Shown here: positions 13,725 through 26,149 of the stretch, piece after piece
Numbering within the stretch: the stretch's first letter is position 1
How the letters are laid out: each line of letters opens with the position of its first letter
Source of the DNA: Pecten maximus
Lineage: Eukaryota
Length of the DNA stretch: 64,000 nt
Assembly (NCBI RefSeq): GCF_902652985.1
Contig: NC_047028.1
Span: 10,168,001-10,232,000, forward strand
Direction: 5' to 3'
Made by a program: the position numbers and the translations under genes
Notes under the pieces: generated by a model
What the model was told of the DNA's origin: nothing
Seen by the model: only the letters and a program-made list of their open reading frames with translations
The model's database searches: none

Positions 13725-13790
13725 GGGGAATCCAGTGACGTCAGACAACTACCTGGTGAGGAAGGCCTTATGATTGTGCATGGGGAAAGT
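13725..13790 (+). promoter_or_regulatory. kB-like + CRE module upstream of gene B
   Basis: GGGGAATCC at 13725-13733, TGACGTCA at 13736-13743 and GGGGAAAGT at ~13782. The CRE is ~620-650 bp upstream of the ATG in both A and B. Confidence 0.5.
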
Positions 13791-14390
13791 TTAATGATTT
13801 TGTGAGTATGAATAAACAAAACATGAATTGTGACAAGCTTAAATATTTATAATAAGACATTGTCTTTCTATCTAGTGTCTCTATAAACAATAAACGTGTG
13901 CAACATATATGTTGTCTTATCGATATATGTATGTGGGTGATTTCATGAATGATTACATGTTTCTCACTAAAGATATGCACTGCATGTGTGACCTGGGAGG
14001 GATGAATGCGCTATATATTTCTTGAAATTTCATATTTCCTCTGGACAATATTATCTACTCTTGGTGTATAGATATAAATCATTAATAAACAGATCTACAT
14101 GTGGTTCCGTAATAGCGTATAATGATATATGTGCATTTAACTAGATGTATATCACTAGGTAACATATTCTGATTCGTAGTCGTAAATAGTATCACTTTGA
14201 AGATGACATTTATTATAACAATGATGTTATTGTACTAATTTCAATTGATTTGTGACCGAAATCTTAATTTAATATTACATACGATAGTAGTTATTGAAAG
14301 GCATATCGCAGTATAAAGTATTTCAACTTTTAACTGTTTTTCTTTTTTTTTTTTTTGCAGAAAATCATAGATCAATGGTATCAGCCGATA

Positions 14391-15251
14391 ATGGCTGATC
14401 TGGTCGAACAATATTCAAGTCTGGAAACACTGTCAACTGACACGCTAAACATATGTAGATGTACTCACTGCTGTGAAAGTTACTCCAGTAACGATTCCTT
14501 TGGATACCTCGATGTTACCCCAGCTAAATTACCTATACCTTGTCCACAGAACCAACTCCCCGATTCCTTTTCTCCTGAGAAAAACTTTGTTGAAAGAACG
14601 AGAGTGAGTGAAGAACGCGAGTTAGATGGGAGACAAACAAACAAACGATGGCAAACTTCTTTTCCGTTTCAACAAGATGTCTTTCAGTTGGAGGGCAATT
14701 TGATTGAAAAATCAATTAGAAATGACAGCCAGGTGAAACAAAATGGTTCATGTCGACAAAATCAGTTACATGAAAAGTTTCAGACGGATATCAGTTGTGT
14801 GCCAACCACAAGTTGGGAAAATAATATAACAACGGCACGTGAGAGCCTTAGTCCAATGGCAAATGGTATTGAAATCCGAATGACTGTTGATGATCGGGTG
14901 ACTGGAAGGGGCAATCAACCATCAAATTTCACCTCTGCTCTCTTACCAGAACACGTCCGTCAACAACAGCATGCAGCGAGTTACAAATTTGTTCGATGTT
15001 ATCCTTTAGACGTATCTTCTCAGAATTCGCTTAAAGTACTTTCTTCTCGATGCTGGTATAGTCAACCATCATCTGGCGAATTACCTGATTCAAGTTCGGG
15101 GGGAATGATTCAGCCTCTGGTTTCTGGATGCAATATCAATCATAAACGAGGACAGAGCTGGATGCATGTGCAACGAAAAATCGGAATATTTTTCCCCGTC
15201 ATTATTTTCATTTGGTTAGTCTATATGCTCATTGAGAGTGTCTTTGAATAA
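14391..15251 (+). CDS. Gene B: paralog of gene A exon 1 (cytoplasmic tail + TM), 286 aa, ending just after the TM with no TNF domain. Either a truncated gene or a pseudogene
   Basis: Strong acceptor (T)nGCAG at 14359-60, ATG at 14391. CRCTHC…GYL…LPIPC…DSFSPE aligns with A's CKCTNC…GYL…PPVPC…DDFSPE. TM IGIFFPVIIFIWLVYMLIES aligns with A's FGTIVSIVLLIGLSYMIFKS. TAA at 15249. Confidence 0.65.
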   Translation: MADLVEQYSSLETLSTDTLNICRCTHCCESYSSNDSFGYLDVTPAKLPIPCPQNQLPDSFSPEKNFVERTRVSEERELDGRQTNKRWQTSFPFQQDVFQLEGNLIEKSIRNDSQVKQNGSCRQNQLHEKFQTDISCVPTTSWENNITTARESLSPMANGIEIRMTVDDRVTGRGNQPSNFTSALLPEHVRQQQHAASYKFVRCYPLDVSSQNSLKVLSSRCWYSQPSSGELPDSSSGGMIQPLVSGCNINHKRGQSWMHVQRKIGIFFPVIIFIWLVYMLIESVFE

Positions 15252-16256
15252 CCATGTGTATGTCATCGTTTTCATGTCTCTCAGAGACTATCAACCGCTA
15301 TTATGTATTCTTAAGTGTAACCTTTAACGACCGAAAATGAGATTCACACAACTTGACAATGCAAAGTCGGGTACTGTAGACAAGATACCGTGGATTATGT
15401 AGACTACAGCGAATATTTTTAATGGGACTAAAATTCTAGCTTACAATCAATTCATATGTAAGAATGATATCGTCAAGGACACAATACATGTGAATCAATC
15501 TTTAACAGGGTTAAATCAACACGGTATCCCGTGAAGCGATAAACGATAGGCACATGAACGAACACCGGGCATCCTATGCCTTTTTTGGATGTTATCATGA
15601 TCTTGGAAATATTCTATTTCCGTATGCAATATGAAGTCAGACGTTTTTGATGCCTGTTGATATACCCAATGGTTCCATTGTCACCACCCTAATTCACATG
15701 GAACACATCCGATTTTATGTCTCACAAGAATATATTTCCCCTAACGATATTATGACCTGCATCAATCCTTAGTACCCGAAACCATAAGTTCTTTTTGTAA
15801 GTGTTTCGTCGGTAGTCGAGATCTTTCGGAGTAAATGTGATATTCTTGAAATATCACGCGTTGAAACCCGGTGTTTTAATTTTCCATCTCGGCCAACATA
15901 TTGACATTCTAAGAAAGAATACTTATAATGTGTATTTTTGAACCATAACTCTTTACTTAAATTGAAACAACTGCAGTTTGTGAAAATGAAAGATCGTTTG
16001 ATATCTCAATCGTAGTATATACATACTTTACTAATCCTAATGTTTCATATACAAATGATAGGAAAAGATATTTCAACTGTTGATTCTGAGACGAATGCAT
16101 TGTATATTACATTGTTTCAAAAAGTATTTTAATTGATCTGTCCAATGGTATCAATCATGCAGATTTTGTAAGTTTAGTTGACCTGAACCAAAATCGTTGT
16201 TTACATTAGCTTGATAAACACCACCACTCTTTTACCATAATAATTAATTTGAATTA

Positions 16257-17590
16257 CAAACTCGAAATGTTGTATCATCAAAATTATAAATGTTTCCTCT
16301 TGGGACATTTCAATTACAGGTACAAATTAGATTCAGTCAACCAGACACTTCATTCAATGCTTACATCGGCGTCAGTTTACAAGCGTTTGGCTGAGACAGT
16401 GACATGTAATGCACAGCATTTATGACTTTTTATGACTCGCTTTTGTTAAAAATAATCTAATTCTCGGAATTTATATTGATTCGTCACTGGGGATTCCAAT
16501 CTTTCTAAGTACCCGACGAGTCATGATATGTCTATCATTAGACGATACCGTATCCTCGTTAGTAACAGACAACCGTCGGGTATTTTTTCAGCATTCATAT
16601 ACGTAAATGCTGAAATAATCATGCATCCATCCGTCTCACCATCTTTATTGTATTATTATATATTTTGTCCTGGTATTGCGCTGTTGTTTGCTTCCGGGTT
16701 TCTATTGTATTTGCAGCATTATAATCGGTCATAGCTCCTTTTTTAGGCAGCAGAAAAGGGTGACTTATTTGGAAGTCAGTCGCCGTACTTCGGACGTTGC
16801 AAGAGAAATCTGTGAAATGGAACTTATGTTGAAGACAGTGGATATTTTCGATATCCATGTCCACATGACGGATGTCGCTACTTCTCAGGAAATCAGTATT
16901 ATAATTGATGAAGTTTCCATGACTGATGATTCGAAACAATTAGTTTATTGAAGTTCCCTTGATTGGTGATAGAAAACAGACATAACATTGAACTTACTGA
17001 GATCAGAGGATGTCTGTACCGAGGATCCTCTATATCGCATTGAACTGTTGTCAAACTTATTGACTCGACATCAGAGGATGTCTGTACCCAGGATCCTCTA
17101 TATCGCATTGAACTGTTGTCAAACTTATTGACTCGACATCAGAGGATGTCTGTTCCCAGGATTATCTTAGTGCCTTTATAATGTATTGTATGGTAAGCGA
17201 ATTACGGTGTACGTTTGCATTAATTATTGTTTATTAAAAAGTGGCCAAGATCTTCCAATTATGCATTTGTTGAATTATTTCTTTAATATTGTCCATGTCA
17301 TTGATGTATGATAATTTGTATCACTAACTCGAAATGGTGTATCACCAAAATATGAAATGTTTCCTGTGGGGACTTTTCAATTACAGATACCAATTGGATG
17401 CAGTCAACCAAACACTAGTCGATCCGATGCTTTCATCGGCGTCAGTTTACAAGCGTTTGGCTGAGACAGTGTACATGTAATGCACAGCATTTATGACTTT
17501 TTATGACCCGCTTTTGTTAAAAATAGTCTCTTATTCTCGGAATTCATATTGATGCGTCACTGGAGACTCCAATCTTTCTAAGTACCCGAA
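16257..17590. repeat. Pair of ~265-bp direct repeats (16257-16520, 17325-17590) flanking ~800 bp that includes a 68-bp tandem repeat (17002-17160)
   Basis: AACTCGAAATG…CATCGGCGTCAGTTTACAAGCGTTTGGCTGAGACAGT…CCAATCTTTCTAAGTACCCGA is present twice. Confidence 0.9.
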
Positions 17591-18999
17591 GAATCCCCAG
17601 TTATTTTTTATTTTTTATTTTTGTGTGTGTGTGTGTGTGTGTGTGTCCACAACTTACAATAAGTGTATACATAGTGTCACACACTTATAAAGTATTGTTG
17701 ATAAACGTTTGACGTCATGTGAGAATGATATCTCGTGCGATTTGCGGACCATCACCCAGATGAGAATAAAAGGAAGCTAGCGCCGAAAACGTCCCATAAA
17801 CATAACGAAGGCGTATAAAAGTATAAATAATGTCAGACACTTTAAAAAGTATCAACCCGTCGTAACATTAAAAAAAAATTGGAATAACTATTGAAGCAAG
17901 CATATATCGAATAATAGATTAAATGACGATGTCTAAATATCGTTGTATCAAAATGATTTGCTTTGAATCATTATTTCTTAACAAATGAAACAATCTTAAC
18001 GGGAAATGTTTGTCATCTTCTTCACAAGACATGCCTGCTGATGCCAATCGTGAAATGGTGTTGAGGCATTCTATTATGTTCTAATATAAAGGAACACAGC
18101 TTACCACGCCAGACATGTGTTACAATTATCTTATATATTATCACAAAATCCTAAATGGACAGCGGTTAGAAATCGAAAACGAAAAAAGATAACTGATGAA
18201 GAGTTAGTATTGAAACAACAGCGGGTAGTTCTCCTAAAATTGCTCTAACACCTCCAGGATTAAACAGTTATGTGACGTAACTGTCTGATTTATGCTTTTT
18301 ATATTAATCTCAATCTGCATTTTCTTACCGGTAAAGGTATTTATTAATACTTATGTTGCAAAGTAATGTCAATATATTATTCTAGAGTGTATGGTCATGC
18401 CTAGAATTCTGATGACAATTATGTACTTGAGGAAGTAGTCAAACTGGAACCTGTCACATGTAACAGGTATGGTACGAGTTCCTGAACAAAGTTAAGCAAA
18501 CTAGATTTACCTCCCTTGGTGGGTCACATGTTTAAGCAGTCACTAGCGAAGAAGAAGACGCTTAACGCGGTTTATTTGAGAACAACTTTGAGAGGGGATT
18601 GCAAGCGGTATATTAAACTCCAACTAACTAAAGAATATATTTTGTTATCATAAACGATAATGAATTGGTATCATATAAAAGTGTAGCGGATTAAATATTT
18701 TATTCTGATGAACATAATGTTACATAAAATTGATATAATTTATAAAATGTATATTGCTTTTTTGATATTGTGGTTTCTGGATGGAAATTGACATTGTTAT
18801 TCGAACTGCTCACCTTCAAATTTACTAAATCTATGCATTAAGAAGTTTTATAAGTACTAAAATCTCCCTCCCAATCGCCCTCCCTCCAGCCCATTAACCG
18901 CCGGCCTTCTGGTAGATCCATCAACTCATCTACCTGTCTGTCTACCTACTTTCTCATCCGTCCATCTATCTATCTACATGTATATATGTTAGCCTGCCC

Positions 19000-19415
19000 T
19001 GTAGGACGTTCCTGCTGCTACATGATCGTAAAAGGCGACTAAAGTTGGGATCTTATCTTTTCTCTATTTTTAAAGTTACTTTTGTCGTCCTTGTGTCTCT
19101 CTTGACGTTGACCTACTTTTGACCTGTAGGAAGGCTTTGTCTACTGGCCGAGCCATATACTCCTGAAGCTTTGGGAGTGAGACGACTGGTCCGCCCGTTG
19201 TCGGTATAATGTAATTTGGTGGAGTGTACTGCTGGATGTCTTCGGAAGTATACTCCATTGAGGTAGCACTATAGAGTCGGCATCATTTCCAAGTATTTCA
19301 CAAGGAGACAGGTACGAACATAAAGCACACACAATTCACTACACGCATGCACCTCGCACACAAGGAAGATGGCATTAGCTGTTGATAGGGCGTTAACAAT
19401 ACACAACCAAACAAA
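19000..19415 (+). mobile_element. SINE-like interspersed repeat
   Basis: CGTAAAAGGCGACTAAA motif and a 3' tail GCTGTTGATAGGGCGTTAA…CAACCAAACAAAA resembling invertebrate SINE ends. Not verified. Confidence 0.4.
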
Positions 19416-19915
19416 ATCTACATTAGCCGCTTTACCGTTCTATCCACCCGTGTACATTAATGGTACATGTATACCATATTTTTTTGTTCCTAACAAACTA
19501 CCAACGCCACCATGTAAGGATACTTTTTTTCTAAACAACCGGTCATTTTTGTTTATCTGGCCTATTAAAACAAACACAACAAAAATAATGACATAATAAT
19601 GAAACAATATAAACAAAAGTCACTGTAAGCTTTTGATATATCGACACCTCATGCCTGTGAGGGATTTATGTTTCCTTAATTAGTTCAAGAGTAATTTCCA
19701 GTTTAGATATGCCAATTGGAAGGCATGATATAATGTTGTATTTATACAGCCATTTGGATTTCCACATAAATAGGTCATGTGTTATCGCCTTACCAGGAAA
19801 TTATATTTTTCACCATACACGCGTTTATCAAAGTACTTGTTTCGTATCTCGCTGTGCAGACCTTTGGCGCACACTGCGATGTAATGTTCCTGGTTGATTA
19901 AAACCTTACCGTAGT

Positions 19916-22161
19916 ATGTCTAACTCTGTTCACTGTCAATTGAAACGCTTGATTCAAGCGAGTGTAGTTGGGAACGTTCTTTTGCTTGCTGCGCTAGTGA
20001 TCCTATATATAGTACATAAGACACTACAGGACCAGTCCCCAAACATCACACCAACACCAAGTGTGGACGCCCTGACAGACAATGCAGGACAGGTCTGTCT
20101 CCCCTGTGACTTTCAGGGACAACAATCGGGCGATACTTTGTACGAGTTCATATTGAAGACTGACAACAACAAAACACTTTGCTGTCTGCAACGCGATGAT
20201 GTTCTCCAGGATCTGATTCTTGAGGTGAGTCGTTTGTTTTATCGATTTATTGATTTATTCATTAAACCAGTGTCCTAATAATTCTGATGTTTGTTTAACG
20301 TTTTCATGTTTTTTGTTTTTGTTATTGCAGCTGGAAGAAGAGAACGGGAAAAGATTGCAAACAAACAGTGGAAAACGTAAGTCTTTTGTTATTACACTAC
20401 TTACAGTCAAACCTGTCATATGTGACCTTCCAAGACAATATAAAGGTCACATATGACATAAGCTCTCTTAATCCAGGTTCGGGAAACTAGTGTGGTAAAT
20501 AACATTTGGAGTGAAAACTTCGGCCACATATTAGAAGGAGACACTTAATTCAAGTGGTCACTTAACAGGTTTATTGTGTTTTGAAAACGTACCTTGAACC
20601 AAACGATATACCGCATTCAGGAGTTAGCATCACGTTGCCCTTTTACTTTTTACTGGTGCCACATCCAAACCTGTCTCATTACTACATCTTATATAAATCA
20701 GCGCTCACAAGGACTTCTAGGATTATTAGCACTGGACATCATCTATTAATGCCCCGTATCCCCTACCGTCCCAGCTTCTGTATCATCAGGAATCAGTTAA
20801 TCTAATCTGTTTCATTAACATTAATCGGACAGTCCCCGCATTATACCTACTTGATTACATGTTATTCGTAGGAGGTTACTAAGAGCGTTCCCCGGGGAAT
20901 AAGGAGTTTGTTCCGCGTCTGTATAAGTTAAATTATAATGATCTGGTGTAATGAAACACATATTGTAATAAGGTTAAGTATTGTTTAACGTGTTGCAAAC
21001 TTTTAAGAAATTTCTTCTGCTCAGACTAGTTTGATGTAATGAAAAAACGCGCACTGGTATGATATACACAGTATTACCACTATGTGAGATACCCTCTTTG
21101 AACTGAAGCCGCTTCCGCACTACAGAGATGATATGAAGTTACTATTATCCGTCATGTATATCTGAAATTATGCTGTAATGATTATTTTTTTACAAGTAAG
21201 GATTTAGAATGACATCTGTCTAACTTCTGCTATCTTACAGCCATACCAAAGACACTACGTTGGTGGACGGAGAGAAATCACGCCGCACATCTCTACGCTA
21301 GTGACATTCGAATTGGTCAAAGTAAGACATTTTCTCATTAGAAATCATTATAAACTGTAATATATCGTTTTGAAAACTTAATATGAAAATACACAAGGTT
21401 GCGAAATAAGTTATATCGGAAAGCATTACATTCATCCTCAGTACTTCCCTGTGCAATATGAAGGTTAATGTGTAAAATGAAAGGGAAAAGAAGCTCACCC
21501 TACCAGTAAGGAAATTCCATACCGTAAAATTTCCTATAGTAAAGCATTGGAAACATGCCTATTAAGGAACACCCTTGGCCTTGTACTTTATATGTTTCAA
21601 TGATAATTGTAGAATGTAGAATTAAGATATCATAAGCATGTTAATATACTCTATTTGTCTCTGTTAAATATATAAATGAACATCAATTACCGTTTATCTA
21701 TGTAAATTCTTTCACTCGTTTCGATAGATTTATCCTGGAAACAACGTGGCATCAGAACATCATTTATACGGAATCTGACGTTGAGTGATGACGGGAGGCA
21801 GTTGGCTGTTAACACGATGCCTGGTGCAGGATTGTATTTCGTTTATGCTCTATATACGTTTGACTTCACCAATGCAGCGACCAACAGACAATCACCAATG
21901 GGTATCCATAACATCTACAAACACCGACCGGCTATCATCAACAGTGAAAAAGAGAGACTTTGGACGGCGAAGTTTGGAGGCACCAACTCGGCGAAAAGAC
22001 AGACAAGCTTCCTTTGTGGAATCGTAAATATGAATATGTTGGACACAATAGAATCTGAGGCCATTTCCTATGTGGCAGGAGAAGAATGCACAACCAGATA
22101 TATAGACAGATCGCCATATTCTAATTATTTTGGCATGTTCAAACTAATTGATTTGTCGTGA
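19916..22161 (+). CDS. Gene C: TNF-superfamily ligand-like type II membrane protein, 289 aa. Exons 19916-20224, 20331-20376, 21241-21321, 21728-22161
   Basis: All introns are GT-AG with phases 0/1/1, and the 870 nt read in frame. TM VVGNVLLLAALVILYIV, stalk CLPC…LCCL, then RWWTERNHAAHLY, LSW, GAGLYFVY, TSFLCG, NYFGMFKL. AATAAA at 22237. Confidence 0.9.
20402..20578. mobile_element. Small MITE-like element in gene C intron 2
   Basis: Imperfect terminal inverted repeats TACAGTCAAACCTGT … ACAGGTTTATTGTG, which resemble Tc1/mariner-type ends. Confidence 0.5.
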
Positions 22162-23339
22162 CTACATTTACTGTTACTTACGGAATCATTGCACATGTAC
22201 TGCTATGTCTGTTCAGTGTTGACAACTGTTAAAACTAATAAAAGATATGGTGTTGCGAGATTTAGTTCTTTTTGCATGATACAATTTGACAATAGAGGGA
22301 ATATCCCGTTTGATGACTTTGATGTATACTTTCTCTAGACCGTAATTTTGCTGAATGGATTAGATCATTGCAGATGTAAGTCGTTTTAGCATTAAAATAA
22401 TCAGAATGGATAGAAAAAGATAAAATTGAACTGACACAATTTTAATGACTGCTTTATATAGATAATGGATTGAGGAAATGACAATTTAAAAACTTATATT
22501 TGGTCTGAGAATCGATTAAACTATTGCAAACACAAACCAAACAATATGTTTAATGATATATTTCCTTTAAAACGTACATGTAGAATAAGATCAGATAATA
22601 AAAAGACTTGACATATGAATATATTCAGTATAGACTATATGGTAGAATATTACCATTATACATGACAAAATAGCAATCCATCAGCCCCTTTTTGAAATTT
22701 GAGCTCGAATGAGCTTTTATAAGCATTTCTTTGATTAAAAAAAGAAAAGAAAAGAAAAAAGAGCATTTTTTATACAAGTGTTCTCCGTCATCAACTAAGC
22801 CGCTGATAAAATATAAATGGAAATTTGGCAATGTGATGTCAAAAATAATTCGCGATTGATAAATTCTGTTCTTAAGAAATACTCCAAATGTTTGTTCCTA
22901 CATACGTATTATAATTTTTTTATGTATTGATATGGTAAAATTTACTAGATTACTATATGTACTATGCCCATTTAAGCGATTTGATAAGTTTATTTGCTTT
23001 ACACACACAGCCCATACAAATAATCTGGTATTTTTACGGAATACCCAAACACATAATATGTAATCGTCCCTTGATAATAATAATGGGACAATCAAATACT
23101 GAGAAATGTATACTGTACACTATAACTGGTTCAAAACAATATCCTCAATCTAACCTGTTGTCACATTTAATCTCATCAAAAACCAAAGGGAACTGAACGT
23201 TAAATAAACAATGAAAGTTCTCTGCTATTTATGAAATAATCCCTATAACTTTGTTTTTACTGACTATACATGTATTTGTGATTGTTCTAGAGAATCATAC
23301 AAGTCTTGGTACTATAATATATCAGAGAACACTCGTTGT

Positions 23340-24930
23340 GAGGAGTTCATGACCAATCAGGCATTTATAAAGAAACTCTTTATCATTACATGATTACATA
23401 TAAGATCATACAAAACATCAGTCTGGCTTTACACCTGAAGATTCCACTGTAAATCAATTATTATCTATTTTCCATACCATTGTTAATTGCCTACATCAAA
23501 ATAAAGAAATCAGATTTATATTCTGTGACATAAGCAAGGCTTTTGATAGAGTTTGGCATAATGGACTGCTCTACAAGTTAGAATCATATGGTGTTAAAGG
23601 TAATCAACTAAAGTGGTTTCAAAACTTTTTATCAAATAGAAAACAGAGAGTTCTAACTGAAGGTCATGCTTCAGTATTTGACCACCCTGATCAGGCAGGG
23701 GTTCCAGAAGGCTCGGTCCTCTGCCCATTATTGTTTTTAATATATATCAATGATGTTGTTTACTGTGTCTCTAGTAAAAATAAATTATTTTCAGATGACA
23801 CTTCTCTTTATGGTACATGTAATGGTAATCCCATTAAATTGGCACAAACTCTTTCAGATGACTAATATTAAGCATTGGGCCACTAAATGGGACATCAAAT
23901 TAAATCCTTCCAAAACTGAATCTATTATCTTTTCAAGAAAAACTGACAAGAGTCACCCTATCATTACTTTTTATGGTGAACCTATTACACTTAGTGACGG
24001 TGCTAAATGGAACCAACACATATCTAGAATTTATGATAAAGCATTTAAAAGAATAAATATTCTAAGATTAATAAAAAAGAAAGTTGATAGAAAATCTCTG
24101 ACTATTATATATATACATCCTACATAAGACCAATTATTGAATACGCAGATGTTGTTTGGGACAACTGTACACTTAGCTCAAAAAATCTATTAGACACTAC
24201 ACAATTAGAAGCTGGGAGATTAATAACAGGTTTACGCAGAGGAACACTACATGATAAATTATACAAAGAATTAGTATGGGAATCTTTAAGTTGCAGAAGA
24301 AAGAATCATAAACTTATCATGCTGTATAGAATAATGAACAATGAAACTTCAGATTGTCTTCGAGATATTATTCAACCATATTTTCATGATGAAACTCTCG
24401 ACAGATATCACCTCCGAATAAATAGAATATTTGATCCCCCATTATATCGTACTGTAAGTTATTTTGAAAGTTTTTTCCATCCATGTTTAATGAAATTAAT
24501 AGACTTGATCCAGATTTTAGTAAAATGCAGTCTACGCCACAGCTTAAAAGGCTACTAAATAAAAGTCAATTTATAAGTCTGAATCAAATGATATTTTCAA
24601 ATTTTGTGGAAATCGAAATTTAAATATCATTCTATGCCAGTTAAGAAATAATACTAGTAATTTAAACTATGATCGTTACAAAGATCATTTAATTGAATGT
24701 GAATGCAATCAATCTTTTGAAACTGCATTACTTTATTTTTCAGAATGTAACAAATATGATAATATTCGTCAGATTCTCCAACAAAAAATTAAATCATTAC
24801 TCTCTTAATCATCGATGCATCAATGTCCTTTTACATGGTTGTAATAGTTGTAATAATACACAGAATAAAGATATATTATCACATATATCAAGCTATATAT
24901 CGCAATCAAATAGATTTCATAAATATTAAC
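23340..24930 (+). mobile_element. 5'-truncated, degenerate CR1/L2-type non-LTR retrotransposon (RT domain and 3' end of ORF2)
   Basis: Translation gives QSGF…STVNQL…FCDISKAFDRVWH…LSNRKQRV…GVPEGSVLCPLLFLIYIND…LFSDDT, then WDIKLNPSKT and IRPIIEYADVVW, with frameshifts. Confidence 0.92.
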
Positions 24931-26149
24931 AAATATTTTTAATTAAATAATAATTATAATTTTCTTCTTTTAGTTTTTTTTTTTACATTGATAAGCTTTA
25001 TATATATATTAACATCAATTCTTGATTAAATTATGCTATCTACTTAGTCAACCCTCTGGTGCACCTTACTTTAATGATGAAGTAGTACACAGTATACCTG
25101 GATTATCCACCTGGTAAGCACATTATTCCACATTTGTTAAATGTTGGGTAAATTTAATTTAATTACAGCACTTGTTGAATATCTACTGGATGGGTTTGGT
25201 TTTGAGCAGATTTGAACTTGCAATTAATATGTTTTCTTCTCTCTCTCTCTCTCTCTCTCTCTGGTAGGCGAGGTACAATTATGTTACCATTGTACCAAGG
25301 TAGACACAGCCCTCTGGTAAGTGTTGTGCACTTATTTCTCTTTGGTAGCAAGGTTATGGTTATAAACCTTTGGTAGGCGAGGTACAATTCTTTCGCCTAA
25401 CAACATTATTATGTACAACCCTCAGGTTGATGAGATGCATTTTTCACTTTGGTAACAAGGTTATTAGCATAAATTGTGGACAACCAAGTAACAGATTAAA
25501 TAAACACCATGCTGCTTATTTCAAATGAATACTGTTTCATGATATTTACATAGCTGAAATAACAACCGGAAATAAATACATATTTTCAACAGTTTCTATA
25601 AATTGACAACAACGTGCATTAGTACTTCCCATCATTGCTAATGTTGGCAGTCGTATACATATCGGAGGTATACTACTTCTATGCTCAATGCTAAAACTTC
25701 GTGTAATAACTCCTGTACGTCTATGACCTTAACAGGTTTACTAATTTAAATGAAATGAGTATGACTAACTCACCGTTTTATAGATGCATACAATTCCTAA
25801 GGTTACGATGTGAAACTTTAAAATGTTTCACATAGGAAATAGAGTTGAAAATGCTTAGCTCGTTTGAAACAGGTGTGCAGCTGGCAAGAAAGAATATCAT
25901 TGTTACGTTGTAATAACTAAAGAGTACGCAAGCTGAATAATGACGACAGGACAGTCGATTTATAAGGTCGTTCTTAATTGTGTCGACCATTGATGCCTCA
26001 TCGATTGAATTATACATATAGATAAAAGTATTGGAAGAAGGCCAACGATAACGTCCAGTTAAAGAATCGGTATATCGGAGAGGTTAGAGTGTTTCTCGGA
26101 TATATAGGTGTTGAGGATGATGCTTTACAACATTAACGCGAATTTATTT

